Shown here piece after piece: positions 31,633-43,749 of a stretch of 64,000 nt of DNA. The notes below the pieces were generated by a model. The model did not search any database, was not told the origin of the DNA, and worked only from the letters and a program-made list of their open reading frames with translations. Source of the DNA: the human T2T-CHM13v2.0 reference genome, Homo sapiens. The position numbers and the translations under genes are program-made. Within the stretch, counting starts at the first letter, position 1. Each line of letters starts with the position of its first letter. The stretch lies in NCBI RefSeq assembly GCF_009914755.1, contig NC_060947.1. The stretch is one strand, 5' to 3'.

Positions 31633-33580
31633 TTTCTTTTTCATTCATGTTACAAACAGCATTGGAATTTTGATACAGATTTCAATAAGACTTTAGATTG
31701 CTTTGAGTAATATGGACATTTTCATAGTATTTATGAACAGGGAAAATCTTTCCATTTATTTGTGTCTTTTAAATTTCTTTTATCAGTGTTTTACAGTTTT
31801 CAGTACCCAGGTATTTTACCTCTTTAGTGGAGTTTATACCTAGGTATTTAATTTTTTGTTACTACCCTAAATCATATTGTTTTCATAATTTTCTTTTCAG
31901 ATTATTTGTTACTAATACATAGAAATGCTACTAATTTTTAATGTTGATTTTGTATCCTGCAACTTTTCGCAATTCACTTATTAATTCTAACAGTTTTCCG
32001 GTAAAGTCTCTAGGTTTTTTTTATGTAACATTATGTCATCAGCAAATTTGTAATTATGTAAGATTATGTCATCAGAAAATTTCACTTCCACCATGTGAGG
32101 GTAGAGCAAGAAGACCTTCATCACATCCTCATGACCTGCTCTTGAACTTCCTAGCCTCCAGAACTGTGGGAGAAACATTTTTGTATTTATAAATTACACA
32201 GTCTTAGATATTCAGTTGTATCAGCACAAAACAGACCAAGGCAGTTCATGACAGGTATATATTGATTAATTACTATTAATATTATTATTATTGTGTATCT
32301 ATAATGTGAAGTACTATAATAGGTGAGCGTATAAAAGGAGTAAGAATCTTAGCAGATGAAAAATTTAGACAATTCATTCAACAAAATTTTTAGTTACATG
32401 TGTCTGTACTTGATACTATCCTAGGCACTGGGGATCTGATAGATGGAAAAAAGATAAAATTCCTGCCATAAGGAAACTTCCATTTATCAGCTGTAGAACA
32501 TCTTCCCTGTCTATCACTCCAATGGGGAAATCCTAAGAACAATTGACAACTACGTTATAGTGTGATGAATATAACGAGAAGCCAGAGCACACGGAGGAGG
32601 AATTTAAGGGGAAGGGGCATGTAACCTGGTTTTGTGAGAGCAAAATTATGCAAAGATTCTTGGAGGTGGCAATGTCTGTGCTAAGCCTAGAGAGACTTAT
32701 TTGTTGATTTTAAAACTTTCTGTGTAATACCTGTTATGTGCCTGAAATTGTTCTAAGTGCTTTACAAAAAAGTTATCATTAATTTAATTTAATTATCCTG
32801 ATAACTCTATGAGGTGGGGAAAGTGAAGCATATACAGGGCTATATTACTTGCCCCAAATCACAAACTAGACAGTGGTTCCAAAGTGCATGCCATTAACTG
32901 CAATGTACTATGCTTCTTCTCCCTCTTATAATGTTTCTGTAAGCTGTGTTGGGGTGAGCTGGAGGTCAAAGAAATGGAGCATAGGAGAAGTCTGTACTCC
33001 ATGAAAGTCTTTAAAACTTTTTACTTTACGGGAGCAATGGAAAGAACCTGGTAGAAAGATCAAGAAAGAAAATGGAGGGTGATTATGAATATTCTAGAAA
33101 GCCAGGTGAGAGATTTTGGTATTTCTGAAAGTGTGTTCGCAGTTGACACTCATCCAGTGCTATATGACTACACAAAACAATGCATTATTTTTAAGGTAGA
33201 AGTATTAATATATTTTACAGACTCTAAGATACAGATCAAAGAACACAGTTACGTTTATTAAGAATATGCATTGCCTGTTTAATCCAGCAATAGCAATATT
33301 TAGATTCCCTCTCATGTATTTCATAATGAATTTAGTTACAATTTTAATCATGGATATGTATGCTTAAGTTATCTCTTTTGTAAGTAGCTATACATGATCT
33401 CTTGCTAGGAATGCATAGCATACTACAGTAAAGTGAGATGGCCAAAGGGTAATCCAAATGATAAAAATAGAGCTATACATCCAGGAAAAAGATCTAATTC
33501 TAGTTATTTTATGCTTTGAGTAGTTTTATGTTTTCTCACTATATCCCAACTCACCTGAACTAGGTTCCCAGTTAAGTATT

Positions 33581-34280
33581 TGTATTAGTGTGTTTTCACA
33601 CGGCTATAAAGATACTACCTGAGCCTGTGTAATTTATAAACAAAGGAGGTTTTATTGACACACAGTTCTGCATGGCTGGCAAGGCCTCAGAAATTTTGTA
33701 ATTTTATAAAGAAGGCAGCCGACTTCTGGCTGGACATCCGGGCATTTTCATACATCCTCTAAAATCTAGGCGGAGGTTCCCAAACCTCAATTCTTGACTT
33801 TTGTTCACTGCAGGCCCAACAACATATGGAAGCCACCCTTTTAGCCACGACTGGCGCTGAAGCAGCTGGAATGCAGGGTGCCATGTCCAGAGGCTGCAGA
33901 GAGCAGCGGGGGCCCTGGGCCCAGAGAAACCATTTTTTCTCCTAGGCTTCCTGGCCTGTTATGGGAGGGACGGCAGCCAAGATCTCTGACATGCCCTGAA
34001 GACATTTTGCCCATTATCTTGGTGATTAACATTTGGCTCCTCATTACTTATGCAAATTTCTGTAGTGTGCTAAATTCCTCCCCAGAAAATGATGTTTTCT
34101 CTTTTATCACATCATCAGGCTGCTAATTTTTCAAACTTTTATGCTCTGCTTCCCTTTCAAATGTATGTTCCAGTAGCAAACCATCTCTTTGTGAATGCAT
34201 ATAACTGAATATGCATAATCTTCAGAAATCTTTAGAAATTTCCCCTACCAGATATCCTAAATCATATTTCTCAAGTTCAA
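33581..34280 (-). mobile_element. THE1/MST MaLR remnant (partial LTR plus deleted internal region)
   Basis: 'tgtattagtgtgttttcacacggctataaagatactacctgag' LTR end; internal text antisense to 26300-26900. Confidence 0.75.
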
Positions 34281-34482
34281 ATCATTCCATTTCTATAAGA
34301 TTCTCAAAATAACAAAATTGTATAGGCTGAGAATAGTGGTCACTAGGGATTATGAACTTGAGAGGAAAGTTGGGTGTGGCTATTACAGGAAAAATGAGAG
34401 ATCCTTGTGTTGATGAAACTCTTCTGTATTATTATGGTGGTTGTCCCTTAAATGTAGGCATATGATAAAACTGAATATAACT

Positions 34483-34527
<45 letters not shown>

Positions 34528-35086
34528 TGAGCACATGTAAAATTGGTGATCTGAACAGATGGACTATACTAATGCCAGTTTTCTGGTTGTGACGTACTAT
34601 ACTTTTGCAAGATCTTATAATTGGAGGAAATTGAGTAAAAGATACAGTATGGTATCTCTTCATATTATTTCTTACAGTGGCATGCTAACAGATAACACTA
34701 AAAGATGTTCAACATCATTAATCAAAAGAGAAATGCCTACTAAAACCAGAATATCACTTCACACTTGTTAAGATGGCTATTATCAATTAAACAATGCATA
34801 ACAAATTTTGATGAGAGTGTGAAGAAAAAACAAACCTAGTACACTCTTGGTGGAAATGTAGATTGGTATAACCATTATGTGAAACAGTGTGGAGGTTTCT
34901 AAAGAAATTAAAACGTAACTACCATATGACCCAGCAATCCTTCTTCTGGGTAGATACCCAAAGGAGATGAAATCACGGCCTCATGTAGATACATGCACTC
35001 TCACGTTCATTACAGCATTATTCACAATAGCCAAGATATGGAAACAACTTAAATGCCCATCAATGGATGAATGGATTTTAAAATGT

Positions 35087-35129
<43 letters not shown>

Positions 35130-35430
35130 TTATTTATAGTTGTACAGAACTAAATATTATTCAGACTTAAAGAAAAGAGATCTTGGCATTTGCCACAATA
35201 CGGATGAACAAGTATAGAGATCTAATGTACAGGGGGACTAAAGCTGATGAAATTGCATCATGAATTTTTGTTAAATAAGTAGATTTTAGCTGCTATTGTC
35301 ACACACTTAAAAACTAAGAAGAGAGGTATGCTAATCTGCTTCACCATAGTAACCATTTTACTTTATGTATCCCATAATATCATGTTGTAAACCTCAAATA
35401 TACACAATAAAATTTCTTTAAAATAGAAAT
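34280..35430 (+). mobile_element. L1M 3' fragments with (CA)n at about 34485-34525 and (TG)n at about 35089-35127
   Basis: TFITALFTIAKIWKQLKCPS ORF2 end; dinucleotide runs seen directly. Confidence 0.75.
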
Positions 35431-36382
35431 AAAAAATCCATCACACTTCTATATACTAACATTGAACATGTGGAAATCAAAATTAAACACATGATACTAT
35501 TTACAGTCACTTGAAAGAAAATATAATACTAGGTATAAATTAAACAAAACATGGACCAGAAGGTGGGTACAGATATTAAATATCAAAATATCTTTCTAAA
35601 AGTTACAAAATACAAAAATGTACCCGATATATCCATTTACAAGGGAAGAACAGATTATATATAAATAGATGCATCTTAAAAACAGGTCTGAGTGAAACAT
35701 TAAATATTGACAATGGCTACATAAATTGAAAACAAATGTCCACAAACAATAAAAAACATGTAATAACACTCATACAGAGAAAAGAATACACATCAAACGC
35801 ATTACAATGATTGCCAATGTAGACAAGAGAAATAAAACTGGGTCATGGAAATAAAGGAGAGTGAATGAGTAAATAAATAGGAGAGGGTCTTGAGCAATTA
35901 ACTCAAAGAATATATAACTCAGCCCTCTACATTGATGCCAAACCACTCTATTGTATTCCCTTCAATAAAAGCAATATTTTTTTCAAGGGAAGAATTCTTG
36001 ATCATTGACATTCTATAGAAATGCTGGTGTATGGAAGTGGTAATAAAAATACCAACTTTTACTTGTATCATTATATTCAAATTCTCTGTAGACTATGCTT
36101 TCATTTATTGCCTGCAGTAGACAATGGCCACTAGTTTCTTAACAAGGAAATGCCCTAGTATTGGGACCATGGCCTCCAAACACCATTATTTTGGTGTGTG
36201 TGACATGCTGTCTTACTCTATGTAGGGTGAGGTTTTTTGTCCATTTGAGGGGCTTCAGTTGCTTACAGTATTGGTTGAGTTGCAACCCAAATCACTATGA
36301 GGTATGTGGCCTGGAGGTGGTGATTTTGATGTCTTCATTTTGGAAAGAGTGTCACTGTCACCTACATACAATACAGATCTTT

Positions 36383-36697
36383 GTATTTTATTTTATTTAT
36401 TTATTTTTGAAGACAGAGTCTCGCTCTATCCCCCAGACTGGAGTGCAGTGGCCAGATCTCAGCTCACTACAACTTCCGCCTCCTGTGTTCAAGTGATTCT
36501 CCTGCCTCAGCCTCGCATGTAGCTGGGATTACAGGCACCTGCCACCACTCCCAGCTAATTTTTGTATTTTTTTTTTTTAGTAGAGACTGGGGTTTGCCAT
36601 GTTGGACAGGCTGGTCTCGAACTCCTGACCTCAGGAGATCGTCTGCTTCGGCCTCCCAAAGTGCTGGGATTATAGGCATGAGCCACCGTGCCCGGCC
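36383..36697 (-). mobile_element. AluS element
   Basis: Exact 13-bp TSD aatacagatcttt at 36370-36382 and 36698-36710. Confidence 0.95.
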
Positions 36698-36989
36698 AAT
36701 ACAGATCTTTTTAAATGCCCTTCTACATATTCACATGCTCCAAACACCAAGTCCTTTTCTTCCTCTCCTGTTAGATAAAATTTTAAGAAGAAAATTTGTC
36801 TCTAGGAATAAGTCCTCCCCCAGGCCTTATTTACAATGTCTGGGAAACTGTCAACCTGTGGGTCTGTCCGCCAACCCTACAGGATCTCATATCCTTCCCT
36901 TCTCAAATGCCTACCTCTTCCCTTCCCTTCCTTCCCACCATCAGACAACAGGCAGAGATATACACGGTCATCAGCTCCTCAAACTTGAT

Positions 36990-36995
36990 TTTATT
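36990..36995 (-). terminator. SPANXN2 polyadenylation signal AATAAA
   Basis: tttatt on + strand, about 55 nt downstream of the stop codon. Confidence 0.75.
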
Positions 36996-37050
36996 GTAAT
37001 CATCGCCATTGGTAGTGAGGATTTGTCCAATTTGGTTTCTCCATGTTTGA

Positions 37051-37515
37051 CTAGTCCTCCCCACCCTCCTGTGAAGATCCTTCAGATGAGTCTAGGTCTT
37101 CGTCCTCCTGTGAAGATCCTTCAGGTGGGTCCAGGTCTTCATCCTCCTGTGAAGATCCTTCAGATGAGTCCAGGTCTTCGTCCTCCTGTGAAGATCCTTC
37201 AGATGAGTCCAGGTCTTCGTCCTCCTGTGAAGATCCTTCAGATGAGTCCAGGTCTTCGTCCTCCTGTGAAGATCCTTCAGATGAGTCCAGGTCTTCGTCC
37301 TCCTGTGAAGATCCTTCAGCTGAGTCTAGGCCTTCGTCCTCCTCCTCTTGGACGGGATTGATGGAGTTCTCTCGGGACTGGTCCTTCTCCAGTTGATTTG
37401 AATTTATTTTCGTATGCTTCCTGTAGTAATACACTATTATTGTTAGATATTCTATTGTTTTTGTCTTTTGCAAGCTCTGTTTGGGGGCTAAGACCCTGTT
37501 CGGTGCCTCCTGCAT
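37051..37515 (-). CDS. SPANXN2: SPANX family member N2, coding exon 2 (aa 27-180)
   Basis: [43 protein letters not shown] plus acidic 13-aa repeats; pyrimidine tract and CAG acceptor at 37518-37516; phase 0 with exon 1; TAG stop. Confidence 0.96.
37066..37338. repeat. Coding minisatellite, 7 x 39 bp ([13 protein letters not shown])
   Basis: 'ctcctgtgaagatccttcag' recurs at 37066, 37105, 37144, 37183, 37222, 37261 and 37300. Confidence 0.97.
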
Positions 37516-37703
37516 CTGATAAGAAAACAGGGAGAGGCCAGAAAGTCATTATTTTGGGTGAATAGGGTAGAGACTGGATAGCAAGGGGGGCTTTATGAGA
37601 AGGAATGCAGGTGGAGGAAGGGGTTTGTGCCAGAGAAGAACAAGGTGGAATCATAGGGTAGTGATCTATGGGGAAGAAGAAGAGGAGCATGGGTAGGGTC
37701 ATC

Positions 37704-38149
37704 TGTTAGTCCAAACTGCACGATTTCGCAAGTTCTTTGCTATTTTGCAGACCTTGGTCAAAGTGAGACACTCCATGGGGGCTCAGGCCATGAGAAACAT
37801 CCTGTCTAACCACCTGACCACAGGGCGGACAAAGGCCCAACTAAAGAAACATTCCTATCATATCTTGCTTGGCAAAGTTCTAAGGAACGCCACAATGATA
37901 TTCCACTGGAAAAAGGGCCAAACCACCTGATCATAAGAACATCTTATCAATATCCTGCCGGATAGCATCCCACATTGCCCAGATCCCTCCTGCCCATCCC
38001 TGTAAGTACCCCAGCCTGTAAGCGGCGGTGGGCTCTGGCATTAAGCTTGTCCTCCACTTCCATAGGTGTCTGCCATATTCCTGTGTTGCTGTTTGAGCTG
38101 CCCCCTGTGTGTCTTTCTTTCATCCTTGCCTTCCCTTCAAAACCTAACA
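37704..38149 (+). repeat. 5' LTR
   Basis: tgttagtccaaac ... ttcccttcaaaacctaaca; direct repeat of 45152-45599. Confidence 0.93.
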
Positions 38150-38152
38150 TTT

Positions 38153-38170
38153 TGGTGCCAAAACCTGGAG
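38153..38170 (+). other. Primer binding site, tRNA-Phe type
   Basis: tggtgccaaaacctggag versus TGGTGCCGAAACCCGGGA (14/18; two mismatches are CpG-type transitions), 3 nt after the LTR. Confidence 0.8.
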
Positions 38171-38670
38171 TGGTGATTGGGTTCTAATGGGTAAGTTTTC
38201 TCTTGCAACCTGGAAAGCAGCAAGCAGCACAAACTAGACCAGGGCCTGCTTCCAGATCCTGAGTGTACTCCCTGTTCCCAGTCCCATTCTCCTTATTCTC
38301 TAGTCTTCTCCAGACCTGGGCTAACCTCCAGATAGTGATCAAACAATCCACCTTATTTTTTGTTCCTTCCTGTTTCCGGGCAGCTGCAACAAGGATCACC
38401 CCCATTTCTGGACATCACATCCAACACTGGGCTTCAATTAGTGGGTGAGTCTCCCTCTTCCTCCTTTCCAGATTCCTCTCTATTTCTGCCCGTTCTCCAA
38501 AAAATTCCAGTGCTGGGTGAGAGGTCTCCCCAGTCACCAGGTGACTGCAGCCTCCCTTCTTAGGGTACACCTTCAAAACGTTTGCCACTCTGGCTGCTCT
38601 GGCCTCTGGGGAGCATGAATAGTACGGGGCTGCCCCAACTCTCCAGGTCCCTTCTCCCAGGAGGAATCAA

Positions 38671-38803
38671 GTACTCACTTCCCTATGGGGTATTCACTTC
38701 TCTCTGGAGTACTCGCTCACCCCTGGGGTACTCACTCCCTTCCAGGGTACTCACTTTCCTCAGGGGTAGTCACTCCCATCCAGAGTATTCACTCCCCTCT
38801 TCC
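38671..38803 (+). repeat. Degenerate 7 x 19-bp tandem array in the ERV leader
   Basis: GTA(C/T/G)TC(A/G)CT recurs with an exact 19-nt period. Confidence 0.85.
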
Positions 38804-38905
38804 AAAAAACAAAACATTCAACTTCCAAATTCAACATAATCTAAAAAACTTTCTTCAATGCAATGGTAAATAATCTGAAGTGCTTTGCTTATCTCCTTTC
38901 ATGCC

Positions 38906-38943
<38 letters not shown>

Positions 38944-40130
38944 AATCTTGTTCACCTTTTCAAATCTTCCTCCTCAAGGAGAAACCCCCCAAAATGCCTC
39001 TTCCTCCGGACAAGTCTTCTTCCTCTGAATTTCAACCTGGCCAACACACCCGTTCTTCAGCCTCCTGCCCTCTCCCATTCCCTCCACCTTCTCCTTCGGA
39101 TCCGGCTCCTCCACCCCCTTACTGTCGCCCTCCATCCCCCTTCCTTCTCCACCTCAAACCAGGTCTCACACCCAACCCCCTTTTGCTAGGAACCAGGCAC
39201 ATGCCCAAAGGCCTTCCAAAGTCCTTCCCTTGCAGGAGGTTGCGAGGGCTAAAGGCATAATCTGAATTCAAGTTCCCTTCTCTCTAGCTGAGTTTTCCCA
39301 TATTGAAAGGAGACTTGACTCCTTTTCAATGGATCCAACCTCCTTCCACAAGGAATTCTTGTACTTCCCTAAATCTTATGACCTTACCTGGCATGACATA
39401 TATGTCATCCTCTCCTCTACCCTCACCCTGGAGGACAGGGAACACATCTTTATGGGTGCCCAGGTCCATGAGAACACCCTCCACCAACAAGATGCTGCTC
39501 ATAATCCAATAGGGACCCTAGCTGTCCCCAGAACTGGCCCCAGTTGGAATTATCAGGCAACTTCAGTAGACAGACAGAAATCAGGCCATATGATATCATG
39601 CCTTCTAGCTGGCATAAATAAAGCTGTCCCTGCTCGTTTCCTCTCCTGCCTTTCAAAAGTCACAACTAAATATGCCACCTTAAGCCCTAATACCAATAAG
39701 GGCAAAAACTACCTCCATTTATACTTTATCTCCCAGTCAGACCCAGACATTTGAAAAAAACTTAAAAAACTGGAGGGTGGCCCTCAAACCTTCCAAAGAG
39801 ACTTAATCAAAGTGGCCTTCAAGATCTATAAGATTAGAGAGGAAGAACTAAAAAATCCAAACCTAAAGAAGGACCAGGCTAAATACCAAATGCTGGTAGC
39901 TGCCACTCAACAGGGTTCCCAAGGCCTACAGAATTCCTCAACTTGGCAACAGTCAACTCCAGGAGCCTGTTGCAAGTTCATCTAACAGGGACACTGGGCA
40001 AAAGCCTAGCCTAATCCCAGGACACTCTGGAAATCTTGCCCCATCTGTGGTATCAAGCAACACTGGAAGTCAGACTGTGCTCACTGAAACTCTTCATCCT
40101 GCTTCACCACCTGTACCTGAAGACAGGTGG
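38800..40130 (+). pseudogene. ERV gag remnant
   Basis: MA-like TFNFQIQHNLKNFLQCNGK; PPPY late motif (PAPPPPY); CA DPTSFHKEF...YDLTWHD and FISQSDPDI; two zinc-knuckle remnants (GHWAK, CPICGIKQHWKSDC); stops, frameshifts and a (CT)n run at about 38908-38940. Confidence 0.85.
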
Positions 40131-43100
40131 GGCCTGGAGTCCACCGCCCCTACTGCCATCACCACCTCGGAACCCAGGGTAATTCTGTCAGTCTCTAGTA
40201 AGCCCATGTCTTTCCTATTGGATACTCAATAGGACAACTAGTTACTCAGTTTGACCAGAATATTCTAGAACCTTTTTCAGTTCTTCCATCTCTATTGTGA
40301 GAATCAATAGAATCCCCTCTAGGCACAAACAGACTGGTCCTTTATTATACAACCTATTCAGCAGCCCCCTTCACCCACTGTTTCCTGGTTATCCCTCAGT
40401 CCCCTACCCCTATCTTGGGATGGGACATATTAAGTAAATTCCAGAACTCCATGCAATGTGGCTCCTACAATTCTACCCCTTTTATTTTACTCTGACACCC
40501 AAACGCTTCCCTCTCCCCCCACTCATCCTCATTATCCACCCTGTTACCTTCTGTTAATTCTAAAGCTTGGAATGTTTCTAAACCCACAATAGCCACACAT
40601 CACATCCCAGTTAAAATAACCCTTCAAAACTCCTCCATTTTCCTTCATCAGTCTCAATATCCCCTTAATCCAGCCTTGCTTAGGGGGTCTCAAACCTATT
40701 ATCTGTAAACTTTTACAAGCTCATATTCTCAAGCCTGTTAACTCTCCCCACAACACCCCTATTCTGGCTTTCCAAAAGACAGACGGGACTTACCCCTTTG
40801 TCTAGGATCTCCAAGTTGTTAACCAGGCCGTGGTACCAATCCATCTAGTGGTCCTCAACCAATATACTCTACTCTACCGTATTGCCCCATCTACCACACA
40901 CTCCTTTGTATTGAACTAAAAGACAACTATTTCACTATTCCCTTAAATCTGGCTTACCAAAGTCTTTTTGCTTTGACTTGGTCAAATCCTAATACTCACA
41001 TGTCCTGTACTCTTACAGGACTTACACATGGACTTACACCTAGACTGTACTCTTAGAGGGGTTCCGGGATAGGCCCCACCTGTTCAGACAGGCCCTCATC
41101 AAGGACCTAGCTGAACTTCCCCTTGCTCCTAGTACCCTCCTCCAATATGTCAATGACCTCCTTCTCTGTAGCCCCTTTCTTAACCTGTCCATTCAACACA
41201 CCACTCAGGTTTTAAACTTCCTTCATAATCAAGTATATTGGGCCTAACCCACAAAATCTCAGGTACCCAAATCAAAGTTACTTACCTTGGGTTTGTTCTA
41301 ACCCCTAATTCTCGAGCCATCCCAACCCAATGAAAGGAGCCAATTTGGGACATGCCCCTTCCCCACATAAAAAAAAAGGACCTCCCCTCCTTCTTGGGCC
41401 TTGTGGGATACTTCTGGCTGTGAATTCCTAACTTTGACTTGCTGGCCAAGCCACTATACGTAGCCTCACATGGGCCCATCCTAAAACCCCTGAACCCAGC
41501 TTGCCCCATCAACTCCAACTTAAAAACTTAAAAATGCCCTTTTAATGGCCCTGGCACTGGGACTGCCAAACCTCACCAAGCCTGTTACTTTCTATGTACA
41601 TTCTGACCAGCGCCTTGCCCTTGGACTACTCTGCCAAACATATGGCAACGCCCCAGAAGCCATTGCACGCCTCTCAAAACAACTGGACTCTGTCATCCGA
41701 GGCTGGTCACTCTGACTAAAAATCTTGGGTATGGCCACATTGCTGGCCTTAGATGCACGGAAACTCCCTCTCTACCAACACATTACTATTGCATCTTCCC
41801 ATTATCTACAGGACCTCATAAACCACCAATCCCTTCTATCCCTCCCACCATCCTGCTTACAGCAGGTGCATGCCTTATTCATAGGTAACCCTCTAATCAC
41901 CTTCCAGAGACATAAAATTCTCTACCAAGCCACCCTTCTCCCTGTAAACACTTCCGACTCTAAGCTCTCTCACTCCTGTCTGGACCTCTTAGACTCCCTC
42001 TCCTCCCCCTTCCAACACATTTCAGATGCCCCTTTGCAGGGAACACATACACGGTTAGTTAATGGAACCTCTTTTAGGCAGCCATGTCCAGCAGCTGGCT
42101 ATTCCATCAGTGCTGAAGATAAACTCCTAGAATCGAATGCTCTCACACCCCATGCTACCTCTCAACAGGCAAAGCTAGTTGCCCTAACCAGGGCCCTCAC
42201 CCTAGCAAAGGGAAAGAGGGTCAACATTTACACCCATTCCAAATATGCATACCATGTCCTACAGTCTCATGCCTTCATCTGGCAGGAACAGGGTTTCCTA
42301 ACTACAAAAGGAACCCCCATAAGAAATGGCAAACTTACACATAAGCTGTTGGGGGTGGATAAACCACCACCAAAGGCCACCATTATCCATTGCAAGGGAC
42401 ACCGAAAGGCTACAGATGCCAAAACCGAGAAAAACCTTTCAACAAATTCGGCAGCCTGGCAGGCAGCCCTTAAAACCCCATCGTTATTGCTCATTTTTTT
42501 TCCCAGCATACACCCTGTATATACCCAGCAGGAAAAAACCCCACTTGCCCAGGCTGGTGCCATTCAGGAAAAAATAGTTCGATCTCACTGATAAAGTGTC
42601 TTGCCCAAGTTTAAAAAACCTTCTGTACTTTCATATGTGCACAACCATTTCCATGCCGGTTACTGCCCCTACTCCAGCTTTTAAAAACTTCTAGACATTC
42701 TTCCACCATGGTTGCCCATCTCAGAGATATTACTAAGGCATGTTCCCTTTGCACTCAAACTTCCCCTCAGGAAGCTATCAAACCATCTCCTTTCCCACAC
42801 ACCAGACCTGAGGACACTTACTAGGGCAGGACTAGCAAATCAACATCACTCACATGCTCCCCAGAAAGTGATTCCTATACATTCTAACAATAGTAGATAC
42901 ATTCTCTGGATGAATAAAAGCTTTTCCTACCACCACCAAAAAGGCACACACCATCGCTTCTATTCTCTCCACCCATATTATCCACCGGTTTAAACTCCCC
43001 TCTTGCATCCAGTCAGACAATGGGCCAATTTGTTTCAGTTTAACCAACAGCTGGTAAAGGCTCTAAACATTAAATGGGCTTTCCATATTCCTTACCACTC

Positions 43101-43600
43101 CGAATCTTCAGGAAAAATTTTATAAAAAACAACAACTAACCAAACTCTCCTTAAAGGTTAAAATGGCCTGGACTTCACTTCTCCCATTGTTCCTCATGCG
43201 ATTATGAGTCATTTCCTAAAAGCGCTCAGCCTAAGCCCATTTAAATTCATGTACAAATGCTCCATTTATCCTCCAGAATCTCCCTGTATTTTCCCCCCAT
43301 TCTATATGGAATACTTGGCCGGCGTTACACCTCACCCAACATCTAATAAGACAGTACGCAAATGCTTACTTGACCCAGCCTAAAAGTCCATCCTCAAAAC
43401 ACTCCTCCCTGTCCCTACAACCAGCGGGCTGGGTCTGAATCACAGACTCCTCCTCCCCCGCTCTCCAACCTAAGTGGAGGAATTCTCACCAGGTGATGCT
43501 AACTACTCCCACAGCGCCAAAGCTAACATCCTTTGCACACTGAATGCACATTTCAAACTAAAAAGAGCACCAGATCCACATCTAGAAATTTGTTCACCCC
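40130..43600 (+). pseudogene. ERV pro-pol remnant (protease, RT, RNase H, integrase)
   Basis: FLLDT and PTPILGWDIL protease; QYPL; LLQYVNDLLL (YVDD changed to YVND, 41146-41157); RNase H SQQAKLVALTRAL...VNIYTHSKYAY; integrase IQSDNGP. Confidence 0.9.
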
Positions 43601-43749
43601 CAAATTATTCTCCTTCCCTGACAAGACCAACCTCACTGTACTTAACAAGAATTCCAGAAGTTGCCAATCCAGAACACCTTAGTCCATAACACTCTCTGTC
43701 TCCAGTTTCCAATCTTTTGTCTCCTACTTTATTTCAGATCTTTCCTGGT

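Noticed and set aside
36594-37361. 255-aa plus-strand ORF antisense to SPANXN2 exon 2 with [13 protein letters not shown] repeats
   Set aside because: It starts inside an Alu and is lengthened by a stop-free 39-bp (multiple of 3) repeat; no independent coding evidence
38671-38803. CRISPR-like repeat/spacer appearance
   Set aside because: Period is only 19 nt, the variable parts are related to each other, the context is a primate ERV and there are no cas genes
41725-42591. 288-aa ORF as a domesticated RNase H gene
   Set aside because: Fragment of decayed pol; expected acidic catalytic residues appear substituted (VNG, AKL, YTHS) and flanking pol is broken
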